Under the pieces are notes generated by a model. It saw only the letters and a list, made by a program, of their open reading frames with translations, did not search any database and was not told the DNA's origin. The translations under genes were made by a program, and so were the position numbers. From an uncultured Christensenellaceae bacterium (GTDB lineage: Bacteria; Bacillota; Clostridia; Christensenellales; SZUA-584): DNA of 32,220 nucleotides. The stretch lies in the NCBI GenBank assembly GCA_964547655.1, contig CAZJOS010000003.1, positions 1 to 32,220 of the forward strand, read 5' to 3'. Shown piece after piece: positions 7,765 through 15,795 of this stretch (its first letter is position 1; every line of letters starts with the position of its first letter).

Positions 7765-8562
7765 CTATATTATCAGCGAAATTATTATGCATACGGCAAG
7801 CGCAGCGCCGGATATTATGCCGAACCTTTTCAGATACTGTATATCGTTTGCCTCGAAGAAAAAGCTTTTCCTTATGCCTCCCCAGGCAAGCGTATAGTTT
7901 TTGAGTATGCTCCAGCGCGTGAAGTCGATGCGGAGCAGCGCGAATTCGCTCAGCGAAAAAAGCACGAGCATGCAGAACATGGTAAGCGGCAGCGCGCCTA
8001 TACCCATTATGGGTATGGCGAGGGTCCTGGTGCTGAACCCCTGTATGGCGACCCGGGCTTGTATCATAGCATAGATCATATACGAATAAAGGAAGAAAGG
8101 AATGAGGAAAGCGAGCCCCGATATAAAGAATGAAAACGTGGATACGGCTACGTGCGTGAGAAAATCGGGTTTGAAGTTGATTACCTCCTTCGTCTCCCTG
8201 AACGAATAATACCTGTCGCTGGAAAAGCGCGGCCTTTCTATTGAGCGCAGGGCGGCCGACGTCTTTTTGTCGATGAACTTTATGTCTCTCGTCTGCAGCA
8301 GTTTGGAATAATGCTCTTCCGAAAGGTTGAACTCCTCCTGCGGATGATACTCCGATATATAGACCCCGCCGTATACGAGCGTGTATATCCTGCCTATCTC
8401 AAACTTATTGAACGCAAAAGGCGTCCTCACGAGCATCCGGAATACCCTGGGGGTCTCATCCCTCAGCGAAGAAACGGTCGTAAAATACAGCCGGTATCTG
8501 TTTGCCCCGGCCGCCCGTTCTTTGGAAAACAGCAGCATGTTTTCCCGCTCGGTCTTTTTCAT
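7765..8562 (-). CDS. hypothetical membrane protein (about 130-aa cytoplasmic domain plus 4 TM helices)
   Basis: The track ORF extends to 8979, but that extension overlaps the divergent decarboxylase gene. The internal ATG at 8562 has GGGAG 6 nt upstream and gives MKKTERENMLLF... (265 aa). I recognise no family. Confidence 0.55.
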   Translation of the reverse strand: MKKTERENMLLFSKERAAGANRYRLYFTTVSSLRDETPRVFRMLVRTPFAFNKFEIGRIYTLVYGGVYISEYHPQEEFNLSEEHYSKLLQTRDIKFIDKKTSAALRSIERPRFSSDRYYSFRETKEVINFKPDFLTHVAVSTFSFFISGLAFLIPFFLYSYMIYAMIQARVAIQGFSTRTLAIPIMGIGALPLTMFCMLVLFSLSEFALLRIDFTRWSILKNYTLAWGGIRKSFFFEANDIQYLKRFGIISGAALAVCIIISLII

Positions 8563-8664
8563 GGCACGCTCCCATAAAGTTTTTATCATTATCTCATATT
8601 CTGCGCAAACAATAAAGTGTTGCGTTAAAGATTTAAGTAATTTAAACTGATATGGGGTGTTATT

Positions 8665-10056
8665 ATGGAGAGGCAAACGCCTATACTTGACCGCCTTTAT
8701 GAAATATGCGGCAGCGACGCAGCAAGATTTTGCATGCCGGGGCACAAGGGCGATACCGGGTTCTTTTGCGGAGACGCGCTTAGATTCGATATCACGGAAC
8801 TGCCCGGGGCCGATAACCTGCTCGCGCCCGAGGGCGTTATAGCGGCCTCGCAGCAGCTTCATGCCGATTATATCGGCGCAGAGGCGGCATATTATACTAC
8901 CGGCGGCTCTACCGCCGGAGTGCTCGCCATGCTTTGGCTCTTTCGCGGGAAAAAGGTGATATTCCCGCGCGGCGTGCATCTGAGCGCGGCGAACGCCATA
9001 TTTGCCTTCGGCATCACGCCCGTGTATTTAAGCTCCCCTCCGTCCGATTACCCCGTTGTCGTAAACGTCGAAGACATAAAGGCCGCGCTGCGCGCCCACA
9101 GGGACGCGGCGGCCGTGTTTATAGTATACCCTAACTATTTCGGGCTGTGCTGCGACATCGAGGCCGCCTCACAGGCGGCCCATAAGGCTGGCATACCTTT
9201 ACTGGCCGACGCTGCCCACGCGGCGCATTTCGTATATTCCCCGCTGCTGCCCCTCGCGCCCTCTTACGCGGGCGTCGATATCTGGACGGAAAGCGCCCAC
9301 AAGACGCTGCCCGCCATGAACCAGTGCGCGTGCCTGTGCGTCGGCAAAGGCTCGCTTATAGACAAATACGAAGCAAAGCAGGCGCTGTCCATGTTCCAGA
9401 CGACAAGCCCTTCTTATCTGCTGCTTGGTTCGCTCGACTACTCCAACGCCTACATGCGCGACGAAGGCGAGCAGGAGCTGTTCAGGATAATAACCCTGGA
9501 AAAGCGCTTTGAGGAAACCATCGGCGACCTTCCGGGCTTTTCCTGCCCGGATATACCCGGGGCGGAAATATCGGACAGGGACGCCCTTAAGATGGTGATA
9601 GACGTAAGCGGAACAGGCCATACGGGCATGTCGGTTAAAGATATACTAGCGGAGCAGGGCATATACGCCGAGGCCGCCGATATGAGGAGCATACTGCTCA
9701 TGCTTTCACCGGGAAACACCTCGGCAGACTTAGAGGCGCTGTATGAAGCGCTTTCTGGCATAGAGAAGGTACGCAGCAGCGGAATATATTTTTCTCCATA
9801 CAGCATGCCGGAGGCAACAAAGTATTCGCAAAATACACGGAGCTGGGGTAATATAGAAACAGTCAGATTAGAGCAGTCCGCCGGGCGCATATCAGCCTCG
9901 GCCGCGGGCGTATACCCGCCTGCCGAGGCCGTCTTGCAGCGCGGGCAGGTGGTATCATACGAGATAGCGGGTTACCTGCTTGAAGCGAGGCGGCAGGGGT
10001 TTGAGGTGTTCGGCGTCGAAGGCGACAACATACGCGTATACATGGAGAGGGCATGA
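8665..10056 (+). CDS. Orn/Lys/Arg decarboxylase family PLP-dependent enzyme (YaaO-like)
   Basis: N-terminal CMPGHKG motif and PLP-lysine context ESAHKTLPA. Its position upstream of tmk-holB-yaaT matches the Bacillus yaaO neighbourhood. Confidence 0.85.
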   Translation: MERQTPILDRLYEICGSDAARFCMPGHKGDTGFFCGDALRFDITELPGADNLLAPEGVIAASQQLHADYIGAEAAYYTTGGSTAGVLAMLWLFRGKKVIFPRGVHLSAANAIFAFGITPVYLSSPPSDYPVVVNVEDIKAALRAHRDAAAVFIVYPNYFGLCCDIEAASQAAHKAGIPLLADAAHAAHFVYSPLLPLAPSYAGVDIWTESAHKTLPAMNQCACLCVGKGSLIDKYEAKQALSMFQTTSPSYLLLGSLDYSNAYMRDEGEQELFRIITLEKRFEETIGDLPGFSCPDIPGAEISDRDALKMVIDVSGTGHTGMSVKDILAEQGIYAEAADMRSILLMLSPGNTSADLEALYEALSGIEKVRSSGIYFSPYSMPEATKYSQNTRSWGNIETVRLEQSAGRISASAAGVYPPAEAVLQRGQVVSYEIAGYLLEARRQGFEVFGVEGDNIRVYMERA

Positions 10057-10730
10057 TAAGAAATATAACGGGAAAAACCGGTAATTATAAAACAATATTT
10101 ATTGACCTCGACGGCACGATCACGGATTCGGGCGAGGGCTGTAAAAACGGCATACGGCACATGTTTAAATGCATAGGCTACAGCGGTTATGAAGAAAGCA
10201 GATTAAATGAGTTCGTCGGGCCGGCGGTAAAAAAACATCTCATAGGCGCGTACGGGTTCAGCCAAAATGAGGCCGACGAGGCTTACCCGTTTTACAGAGA
10301 ATATTTATTGAATAAAGGAATATATGAAAACAGACTTTACGACGGCATAACGGAAGCGCTTATTAGTATTAAACAGGCGGGAAAGCCCGTATATATCGCG
10401 ACGTCGAAACCCGAGCAGCAAGCCCTCATCGTACTGGAACATTTCGGCATCACACATCTGTTCTCCGGCGTTTTCGCCGCGCGGCACGAGCAGGGCATAT
10501 ATGAAAAAAGCGAAGTTCTCGGGCTTGCGCTGAAAGCGCTTGGCAAACCGGAGCGCCCCGTAATGGTGGGCGACAGGTCTTATGATATAATCGGCGGCAG
10601 ACATGTTGGTTTCGATACAATGGGCGTGCTTTACGGATACGGGGATGCGGAAGAGCTTACCGGGGCGGGCTGCGACTATACCGCGGACAGCACTGCCGAC
10701 CTTGCCGTTTTTCTTGGGAGGGGATTATGA
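10053..10730 (+). CDS. HAD-IA family hydrolase (phosphoglycolate phosphatase / 5'-nucleotidase-like)
   Basis: HAD motif I FIDLDGTITDS, motif II IATSKP and motif IV VGDRSYDIIGG. ATGA overlaps link it to both neighbouring genes. Confidence 0.85.
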   Translation: MIRNITGKTGNYKTIFIDLDGTITDSGEGCKNGIRHMFKCIGYSGYEESRLNEFVGPAVKKHLIGAYGFSQNEADEAYPFYREYLLNKGIYENRLYDGITEALISIKQAGKPVYIATSKPEQQALIVLEHFGITHLFSGVFAARHEQGIYEKSEVLGLALKALGKPERPVMVGDRSYDIIGGRHVGFDTMGVLYGYGDAEELTGAGCDYTADSTADLAVFLGRGL

Positions 10731-11356
10731 AAGGGTTTTTTATTGCGTTCGAAGGGGCCGACGGATGCGGCAAATCAACGCAGGTACGGCTTCTTGCGGA
10801 ATATCTTGAAAGCCTGGGCATCGACGTGCTGCGCACCCGCGAACCGGGGGGGTGCCCGGTGGCCGAGGAGATACGTGAGATCGTGCTGAGCAAAGACGAT
10901 AAAAAGATGGAGGCCGTAACCGAAGCCATGCTTTACGCCGCCGCAAGGGCCGAGCATGTGCGCCAGGTGATAAAGCCCGCTGTCGAGAAAGGAAGGCTCG
11001 TGATATGCGACCGTTACCTGATGTCATCGCTGGCCTACCAGGGATACGGCAGGCAATTAGGTGCAGAGGCTGTAAGGAAGATAAACGAACCCGCGGTGGA
11101 CGGGTGCCTCCCCGACGTTACGGTGTTCATCAACGTGCCTCCGGAATACGCTTTTAAAAGGATGAACGAGCAAAAGACGCGCGACCGCCTCGAGCGCGAG
11201 GAGATGCCTTTTCACGAGCGGGTATTCCGCGGGTTTATAGAGCTTTCGAAGAGCGAAAACGTATTGCCCGTAGACGCGCAGGGCACGAAGGCGGAGACCC
11301 ACGAGCTGATAAAGCAAAAGATAATGCCGATACTCAAAGACGCCGGTGTGATATGA
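10727..11356 (+). CDS. tmk: dTMP (thymidylate) kinase
   Basis: P-loop FEGADGCGKST, TREPGG motif, a length of 209 aa and conserved synteny with holB. Confidence 0.95.
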   Translation: MKGFFIAFEGADGCGKSTQVRLLAEYLESLGIDVLRTREPGGCPVAEEIREIVLSKDDKKMEAVTEAMLYAAARAEHVRQVIKPAVEKGRLVICDRYLMSSLAYQGYGRQLGAEAVRKINEPAVDGCLPDVTVFINVPPEYAFKRMNEQKTRDRLEREEMPFHERVFRGFIELSKSENVLPVDAQGTKAETHELIKQKIMPILKDAGVI

Positions 11357-12297
11357 GCGAAGTTGAGAGAAGCGCTTTCTTAAAGGCAGCGGGAACGGCA
11401 GACATGCAGAGCGCGTACCTGGTGATATGCGCCAAGGCAGGCCCTGCCAAAAGGCTTGCGGACGAATTTCTCATGAGGCTTTACTGTAAAAACGGGGGCT
11501 GCGGCAAATGCGTGGAATGCCGAAACGTTTTGCAGGGGCACGTTGATATAATGAGGCTTAACGCCCCTAAGGTAGACGAATTCAGGGAATCGATAGCGTT
11601 CGTCGCCGAAAAACCCTCAGGCGTTTATAAAGCCGTTGTCATAGAAAATGCCGACGATATGACGGATGCGGCGGCCAACAGCATGCTTAAGACTCTGGAG
11701 CAGCCGCCCCAAAATACCGTGTTCATACTGGAGGCGAGGTCAACGGCGGGAGTGCTGCCCACGGTAGCGTCGAGATGCGCGGCGGTGCACATTACCGCCG
11801 GCAAAGACGCCAAGCTTGATATAAAGAAATCTCTGGGCGTTGACGACGACACCGCTCATATACTCTGCGGCCTGTCGGGCGGGTTTGCCGAAGAGGCGAA
11901 GGCGATATACGAGGACAAGGTTTTCTGGGAGGCACGGCCTAAAGTGCTCGATATCTGCGGCAGACTGCTCGGACAGAAGAATATGGCGATAAGCGCGTAT
12001 GCCGACCTTCTCGAAACGCATAAGGAGAAACTCATTCCCCTGCTATGCGTCATGCAGTCGTATTTTCAGGATATACTTATATATAAAAAGACAAAGCAAG
12101 AAAGTTTTATATCAAACGCCGACCGGATAGATGAGATAATAGAGGCGTCCCAAAGCTTTACAAGCGGGGCCATAAGTAATATCATAAGGGTTATACTTGA
12201 AACAGAGAGACGGTTTTTCTTTTCAGTAAACTTTCGGTTGGCTGTCGAGAAATTGTTCTTTGATATACTGGAGGAAAAAAACAGATGGAAAAAGTGA
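11353..12297 (+). CDS. holB: DNA polymerase III subunit delta'
   Basis: Zn-module-like CGKCVECRNV, the MLKTLEQPPQNTVFIL box and the SRC motif (VASRCAAV). ATGA overlap with tmk. Confidence 0.9.
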   Translation: MSEVERSAFLKAAGTADMQSAYLVICAKAGPAKRLADEFLMRLYCKNGGCGKCVECRNVLQGHVDIMRLNAPKVDEFRESIAFVAEKPSGVYKAVVIENADDMTDAAANSMLKTLEQPPQNTVFILEARSTAGVLPTVASRCAAVHITAGKDAKLDIKKSLGVDDDTAHILCGLSGGFAEEAKAIYEDKVFWEARPKVLDICGRLLGQKNMAISAYADLLETHKEKLIPLLCVMQSYFQDILIYKKTKQESFISNADRIDEIIEASQSFTSGAISNIIRVILETERRFFFSVNFRLAVEKLFFDILEEKNRWKK

Positions 12298-13166
12298 TAG
12301 GGGTACGCTTTAAGCGGGTGGGGAAAGTATACTACTTTCTCCCCGGCGATATAGAGTTTAAAGAAGGGGAGCACGCCATAGTGGAGACCGCGAGGGGCAC
12401 GGAATACGGCGAGGTCGTCATACCCGAAAAAGAAGTCGAAGACAAGGACATCGTAGCGCCGCTTAAGCCCGTGATACGCAAGGCTACCCCCAAAGACGAT
12501 AAAAAAGTAGAGGAAAACGCGCAGAAGGAAAAGGAAGCGCTTGAGACGTGTGAAAAGAAGATAGCGGACCACGGGCTTGCCATGAAGCTCATAGACGTTG
12601 AGTACACGTTCGACAACTCTAAAATAGTGTTTTATTTTACCGCCGACGGCAGGGTCGATTTCAGGGAACTCGTAAAAGACCTCGCGGGCGTGTTCAAGAC
12701 GAGGATAGAATTGCGCCAGATAGGCGTAAGGGACGAGGCGAAGATGATGGGGGGCCTCGGGCCCTGCGGCCGCCCCTGCTGCTGCTCTTACTTTTTAGGC
12801 GATTTCAGCCCCGTTTCCATAAAGATGGCCAAGGAGCAGAACCTTTCGCTCTCGCCCACAAAGATAAGCGGCCTTTGCGGAAGGCTCATGTGCTGCCTTA
12901 ATTACGAGCACGAGCATTACTGCGAGACGCGCCGCCGCATGCCCCGGCAGGGCAGCACCGTGGATACTCCCGACGGCAAAGGCATAGTGGTGGAAAACAA
13001 CGCCATTACGGAGAAGGTGCGCGTAAGGATAACGCTGCCCGACGAGAGCGTCGATATAAAGACGTTCGACCTTGCAGACGTCAGGTTTTCGCAGCAGGAT
13101 AGCCGCCCTGATATTGACGGCGACGTAGAGATAGACGAAGAAATAAAATCGCTGCTCGACGAATAG
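12285..13166 (+). CDS. ricT: PSP1 domain protein / stage 0 sporulation protein YaaT (RicT)
   Basis: N-terminus VRFKRVGKVYYF and the Cys-rich PSP1 C-terminus CGRPCCCSYFLGDFSPVSIKMAKEQNLSLSPTKISGLCGRLMCCLNYE. It follows holB, as in Bacillus. Confidence 0.9.
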   Translation: MEKVIGVRFKRVGKVYYFLPGDIEFKEGEHAIVETARGTEYGEVVIPEKEVEDKDIVAPLKPVIRKATPKDDKKVEENAQKEKEALETCEKKIADHGLAMKLIDVEYTFDNSKIVFYFTADGRVDFRELVKDLAGVFKTRIELRQIGVRDEAKMMGGLGPCGRPCCCSYFLGDFSPVSIKMAKEQNLSLSPTKISGLCGRLMCCLNYEHEHYCETRRRMPRQGSTVDTPDGKGIVVENNAITEKVRVRITLPDESVDIKTFDLADVRFSQQDSRPDIDGDVEIDEEIKSLLDE

Positions 13167-13217
13167 CATCGCATTAAAATTATACGAAAAAAAAGCGGAT
13201 AATGTCGTTTTCCGGTG

Positions 13218-13246
13218 TTGCAATTTAACGTATATGTGTTTAAAAT
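13218..13246 (+). promoter_or_regulatory. putative sigma-A promoter of the ferredoxin gene
   Basis: TTGCAA (13218-13223), a 17-nt spacer, then TAAAAT (13241-13246). Confidence 0.45.
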
Positions 13247-13277
13247 GTTACACGTAATATTACGGAGGTGAAGGAGA

Positions 13278-13448
13278 ATGGCATACAAGATTACAGACGC
13301 TTGCATTTCCTGCGGAGCTTGCGAAAGCGAATGCGCTGTGGAAGCTATTTCTGAGGGAGACGGAAAATACGTTATCGACCCGGACCTTTGCATAGACTGC
13401 GGTTCGTGCGCAGACGCGTGCCCCAACGACGCTATAGAAGAGGGCTGA
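13278..13448 (+). CDS. fdx: 2x[4Fe-4S] clostridial-type ferredoxin (56 aa)
   Basis: Below the ORF-track size cutoff. A strong RBS GGAGGTGAAGGAGA precedes the ATG at 13278. Translation: MAYKITDACISCGACESECAVEAISEGDGKYVIDPDLCIDCGSCADACPNDAIEEG. It has two CxxCxxCxxxC motifs and is close to the classic 55-aa clostridial ferredoxins. Confidence 0.85.
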   Translation: MAYKITDACISCGACESECAVEAISEGDGKYVIDPDLCIDCGSCADACPNDAIEEG

Positions 13449-13465
13449 AACAAACGTCACAAAAG

Positions 13466-13492
13466 TAAAAAGGCCATAGCGGCCTTTTTTAA
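13466..13492 (+). terminator. weak hairpin with T-run after the ferredoxin gene
   Basis: AAAAAGGCC-ATAGC-GGCCTTTTTT. Only 4 GC pairs plus A-U extensions. Confidence 0.4.
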
Positions 13493-13500
13493 TTCCGATG

Positions 13501-13667
13501 CCAAACTGCGGTTTGGCCTCGGGTCTTGCCCCTTCTCCACCCCAAAAGGCTTTGCCTTTTGGGGACCCCGGTGTGCTTAAGGCACGGGCGGCGGGGCGCT
13601 TGTATGCGCTTCTAATAAAGTATTATTCGCCTTTTCCCGGCAAAGCCGGTTAAAAGGCATGAAAATG
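13501..13667. repeat. GC-rich cluster of hairpins between convergent genes (REP-like or structured element)
   Basis: Three hairpins: CCAAAC-TGCG-GTTTGG (13501-13516), a perfect 11-bp stem CCCCAAAAGGC-TTT-GCCTTTTGGGG (13540-13564), and CCTTTTCCCGGC-AAA-GCCGGTTAAAAGG (13640-13667). Confidence 0.4.
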
Positions 13668-13691
13668 TTCGAGTTTAAAGTTACAATACAA

Positions 13692-14768
13692 TTATCGATT
13701 ATCCGCTCCCGCCAGCAGCGATTCCACCCATTCCCTGTTTTCCTTGAGCGCGCACCCGCCGCGGCTCTCCTTTAATGTATCGTGCTTATCGCGTATCTCT
13801 TTAAGCAGGCCCGATTTCAGCGCCTCCTTAAGCGGCATGTCTTTTATATTCGTGTCTGAATAAGGCGCGAACGGGCAGGCCTCGAGGGCGCCCGTAGAGC
13901 TTATGTGCAGAAACCCTCTTCCCGAAGCGAGGCAGCCGCCGTACTTTTCCTCGTCGCCCGGCAGCGTTACCATGAGCATGCTGTGCTTTTTATAAAGTTC
14001 CTCTTCCCGCTCGCGCAGCTCATTCTTCTGCCTCTCCGTAAGGCAAAGGTATTCGTCTTCCCTGCCCGACTGCACATACTCAATAAGAAACGCCGCCCTG
14101 CACCCTTTTGCCTCGAGTTCGCCGAGGAAACCGGAGCCAAGCACCTCGTCGTAGTTTTCGCTGGTAAGCGTTATCGACGCGCCGAACAGCCTTCCCTTCT
14201 TATCGAGATTCTCCATCACGGCCATAGCCCGCTCATACATGCCGTCGCCGCGCCGCAGGTCGGTAGACTGTTTTCCGCCCTCTATGCTTATTACGGGCAC
14301 AAAATTTTTAGGCAGGTCTCCATGCGCGCCGAGCAGCAGGCCGTTGGTAAACATGACGAACAGCGTGTCGGGATGCATCGCGGGCAGATCGGTTATGCCC
14401 TGTTTCATAAGCGGCTCTCCCCCGGCTATCATAACTACCGCGACGCCAAGCTCCACCGCTTCGCCGAGCACGCTTTTTATTCTTTCGATATCGATCTCGC
14501 CCGACTTATCCCTCTGCTGGCTGCAGGCGTAACACCCCTTGCACGAAAGGTTGCAGTCGTTGGTAACGCTTATTATCAAAACAGGAGGAACAACGACGCC
14601 CTCTACCCTGAGGGCCTCCCTCTTCTTCTCCTGCTTTTTCATCTTCGACGATATCCTCGCGAACGCGGGCAGATAATCAGGCCGCTTCAACAGAAAGCGC
14701 CTGTTTTTGATGACCGCTCCCGCCAATGAATCGTTAAACGTCTTTATGCCGTCCATGTTTCTCCCCAT
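13692..14768 (-). CDS. radical SAM enzyme with Cys-containing C-terminal auxiliary (twitch/SPASM-like) region
   Basis: CxxxCxxC motif in VTNDCNLSCKGCYAC, followed by IAGGEPL. The C-terminus is GGCLASGRGFLHISSTGALEACPF...GGCAL. The true start may be the ATG at 14756 (MDGIK...), which follows GGGGAG. The first ATG at 14768 has no RBS. Confidence 0.85.
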   Translation of the reverse strand: MGRNMDGIKTFNDSLAGAVIKNRRFLLKRPDYLPAFARISSKMKKQEKKREALRVEGVVVPPVLIISVTNDCNLSCKGCYACSQQRDKSGEIDIERIKSVLGEAVELGVAVVMIAGGEPLMKQGITDLPAMHPDTLFVMFTNGLLLGAHGDLPKNFVPVISIEGGKQSTDLRRGDGMYERAMAVMENLDKKGRLFGASITLTSENYDEVLGSGFLGELEAKGCRAAFLIEYVQSGREDEYLCLTERQKNELREREEELYKKHSMLMVTLPGDEEKYGGCLASGRGFLHISSTGALEACPFAPYSDTNIKDMPLKEALKSGLLKEIRDKHDTLKESRGGCALKENREWVESLLAGADNR

Positions 14769-14808
14769 TTCAACATTTTATGCTAACATAGTATATAATA
14801 GACCCTGG

Positions 14809-14830
14809 CTAAAATAAAGTATAATTTTAG
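14809..14830. promoter_or_regulatory. inverted repeat CTAAAAT-N8-ATTTTAG overlapping a TATAAT box (candidate operator)
   Basis: A 7-bp perfect inverted repeat in the divergent intergenic region between the radical SAM and DtxR-like genes. TATAAT lies at 14820-14825. Confidence 0.3.
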
Positions 14831-14885
14831 TGCAATAAACGCTTCTCCCGCGTGTCTATAAGGCAGCGAAAGGAGAAAGAAGGAA

Positions 14886-15188
14886 ATGACAATATCGAAC
14901 CAAAAATATTTAAAAGCGATATACGAATCGGCAAAGCGCGGAGCCGTCCGCGTAGCCGATATCGCGCAAACGCTGTCGGTATCCAAGGCGAGCGTATACA
15001 GCGCGCTTAAGAGGCTTTCCGATAAAGGCCTCGTAATGCACGAAACATCCGTGGAACTGACGAAAGCCGGGGAGAAAAAGGCAAAGGCGCTCATAGAATC
15101 GTACGAGCGTTTAAAACTGGCTTTGGGAGCGGAAAACCTGCCCAAGAAATTCGAGTACCTTATAGGCGCTTCGGGCGCTCTGCCATAA
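14886..15188 (+). CDS. truncated DtxR/MntR-family winged-helix regulator (100 aa, N-terminal DNA-binding domain only)
   Basis: KYLKAIYESAKRGAVRVADIAQTLSVSKASVYSALKRLSDKGLV...ELTKAGEKKAKALIESYERLKLAL parallels the MntR/DtxR N-terminal HTH plus the first dimerisation helix. RBS AAAGGAGAAAGAAGGAA. Confidence 0.7.
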   Translation: MTISNQKYLKAIYESAKRGAVRVADIAQTLSVSKASVYSALKRLSDKGLVMHETSVELTKAGEKKAKALIESYERLKLALGAENLPKKFEYLIGASGALP

Positions 15189-15227
15189 GGCCGAATCAAT
15201 CTGCGGCCCTGAAAACAAGGAGAACTG

Positions 15228-15758
15228 ATGAGCAAGACCGGCGAAATTTTTGCGGACGGCTTCGAAAAATTTAAAAATTATCTGAGGGCTGTATTCTCGC
15301 AGCTTAACGAGTACGACGCTGAAGATATCGTTCAGCAGACCGCCCTTTCTCTTTTAGGGCGCGGCGACGATGACAGCATCGATTACCTTACGTCTTACGT
15401 TTACGCCGCGCTGCGCAACACGGCTAAAAACCTTTTCAGGAAGCGGAGCAGGGAGATCCCTGCTGAAACGATAGATACAGGCCGCGCGTCTTCGGCGGAA
15501 GAAGAAACATTGGACGGCGAGCTTAAGGAGCAGATAGACTCGGCGCTTTCGATGCTGGACGAAAAATCGCGCTTCGTATTCACTAAGACAGAATTTGAGG
15601 GGAAGAGCTATAAAGAGCTTTCCCTTATAACGGGAGAGCCTATAGGCACGCTGCTCTCGCGAAAGAACAGGGCGGCCAAAAAACTGATGATGATACTCGA
15701 AGAATACGTAGACCCCCGTGAAACTAAAGATTTCAGTGGCAAAAGAAAAAAGAAGTAA
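15228..15758 (+). CDS. ECF-type RNA polymerase sigma-70 family factor
   Basis: Region 2 AEDIVQQTALSLL...YVYAALRNTAKNLFRKR and region 4 HTH KSYKELSLITGEPIGTLLSRKNRAAKKL. RBS AAGGAG. Confidence 0.85.
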   Translation: MSKTGEIFADGFEKFKNYLRAVFSQLNEYDAEDIVQQTALSLLGRGDDDSIDYLTSYVYAALRNTAKNLFRKRSREIPAETIDTGRASSAEEETLDGELKEQIDSALSMLDEKSRFVFTKTEFEGKSYKELSLITGEPIGTLLSRKNRAAKKLMMILEEYVDPRETKDFSGKRKKK

Positions 15759-15795
15759 TCAGATCGGAAATAACAGAGATGTTCAGGAGGAATAT

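Noticed and set aside
5113-8562. Interpretation of the hydrolase region as a conjugative or mobile element
   Set aside because: There is no integrase, relaxase, coupling ATPase, transposase or direct-repeat boundary in or near the region. Composition matches the flanks. Only the domain resemblance is reported.
8563-8979. N-terminal 139-aa extension of the 7765..8979 track ORF
   Set aside because: The extension overlaps the divergent decarboxylase gene (8665 onward) on the opposite strand. It has antisense-like Arg/Cys/His-rich composition. An internal ATG at 8562 has a proper GGGAG RBS, so the gene was shortened to 7765..8562.
12066-13453. Minus-strand ORFs 12066..12572 (168 aa), 12795..13223 and 12917..13453 (178 aa)
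   Set aside because: They are antisense to holB, yaaT and the ferredoxin gene. Their composition is Phe/Leu/Ser-rich and low-complexity, with no RBS. 12917..13453 would span an intergenic promoter region.
13905-14729. 274-aa plus-strand ORF
   Set aside because: It lies entirely antisense to the radical SAM gene, which has clear catalytic motifs. Its Arg/His/Leu/Pro-rich composition is typical of a shadow frame in GC-rich coding DNA, and it has no RBS.
15718-15795. Upstream start of the membrane protein that overlaps the end of the sigma-factor gene
   Set aside because: It has no RBS. The ATG at 15796 has AGGAGG at ideal spacing and begins just before the hydrophobic region.
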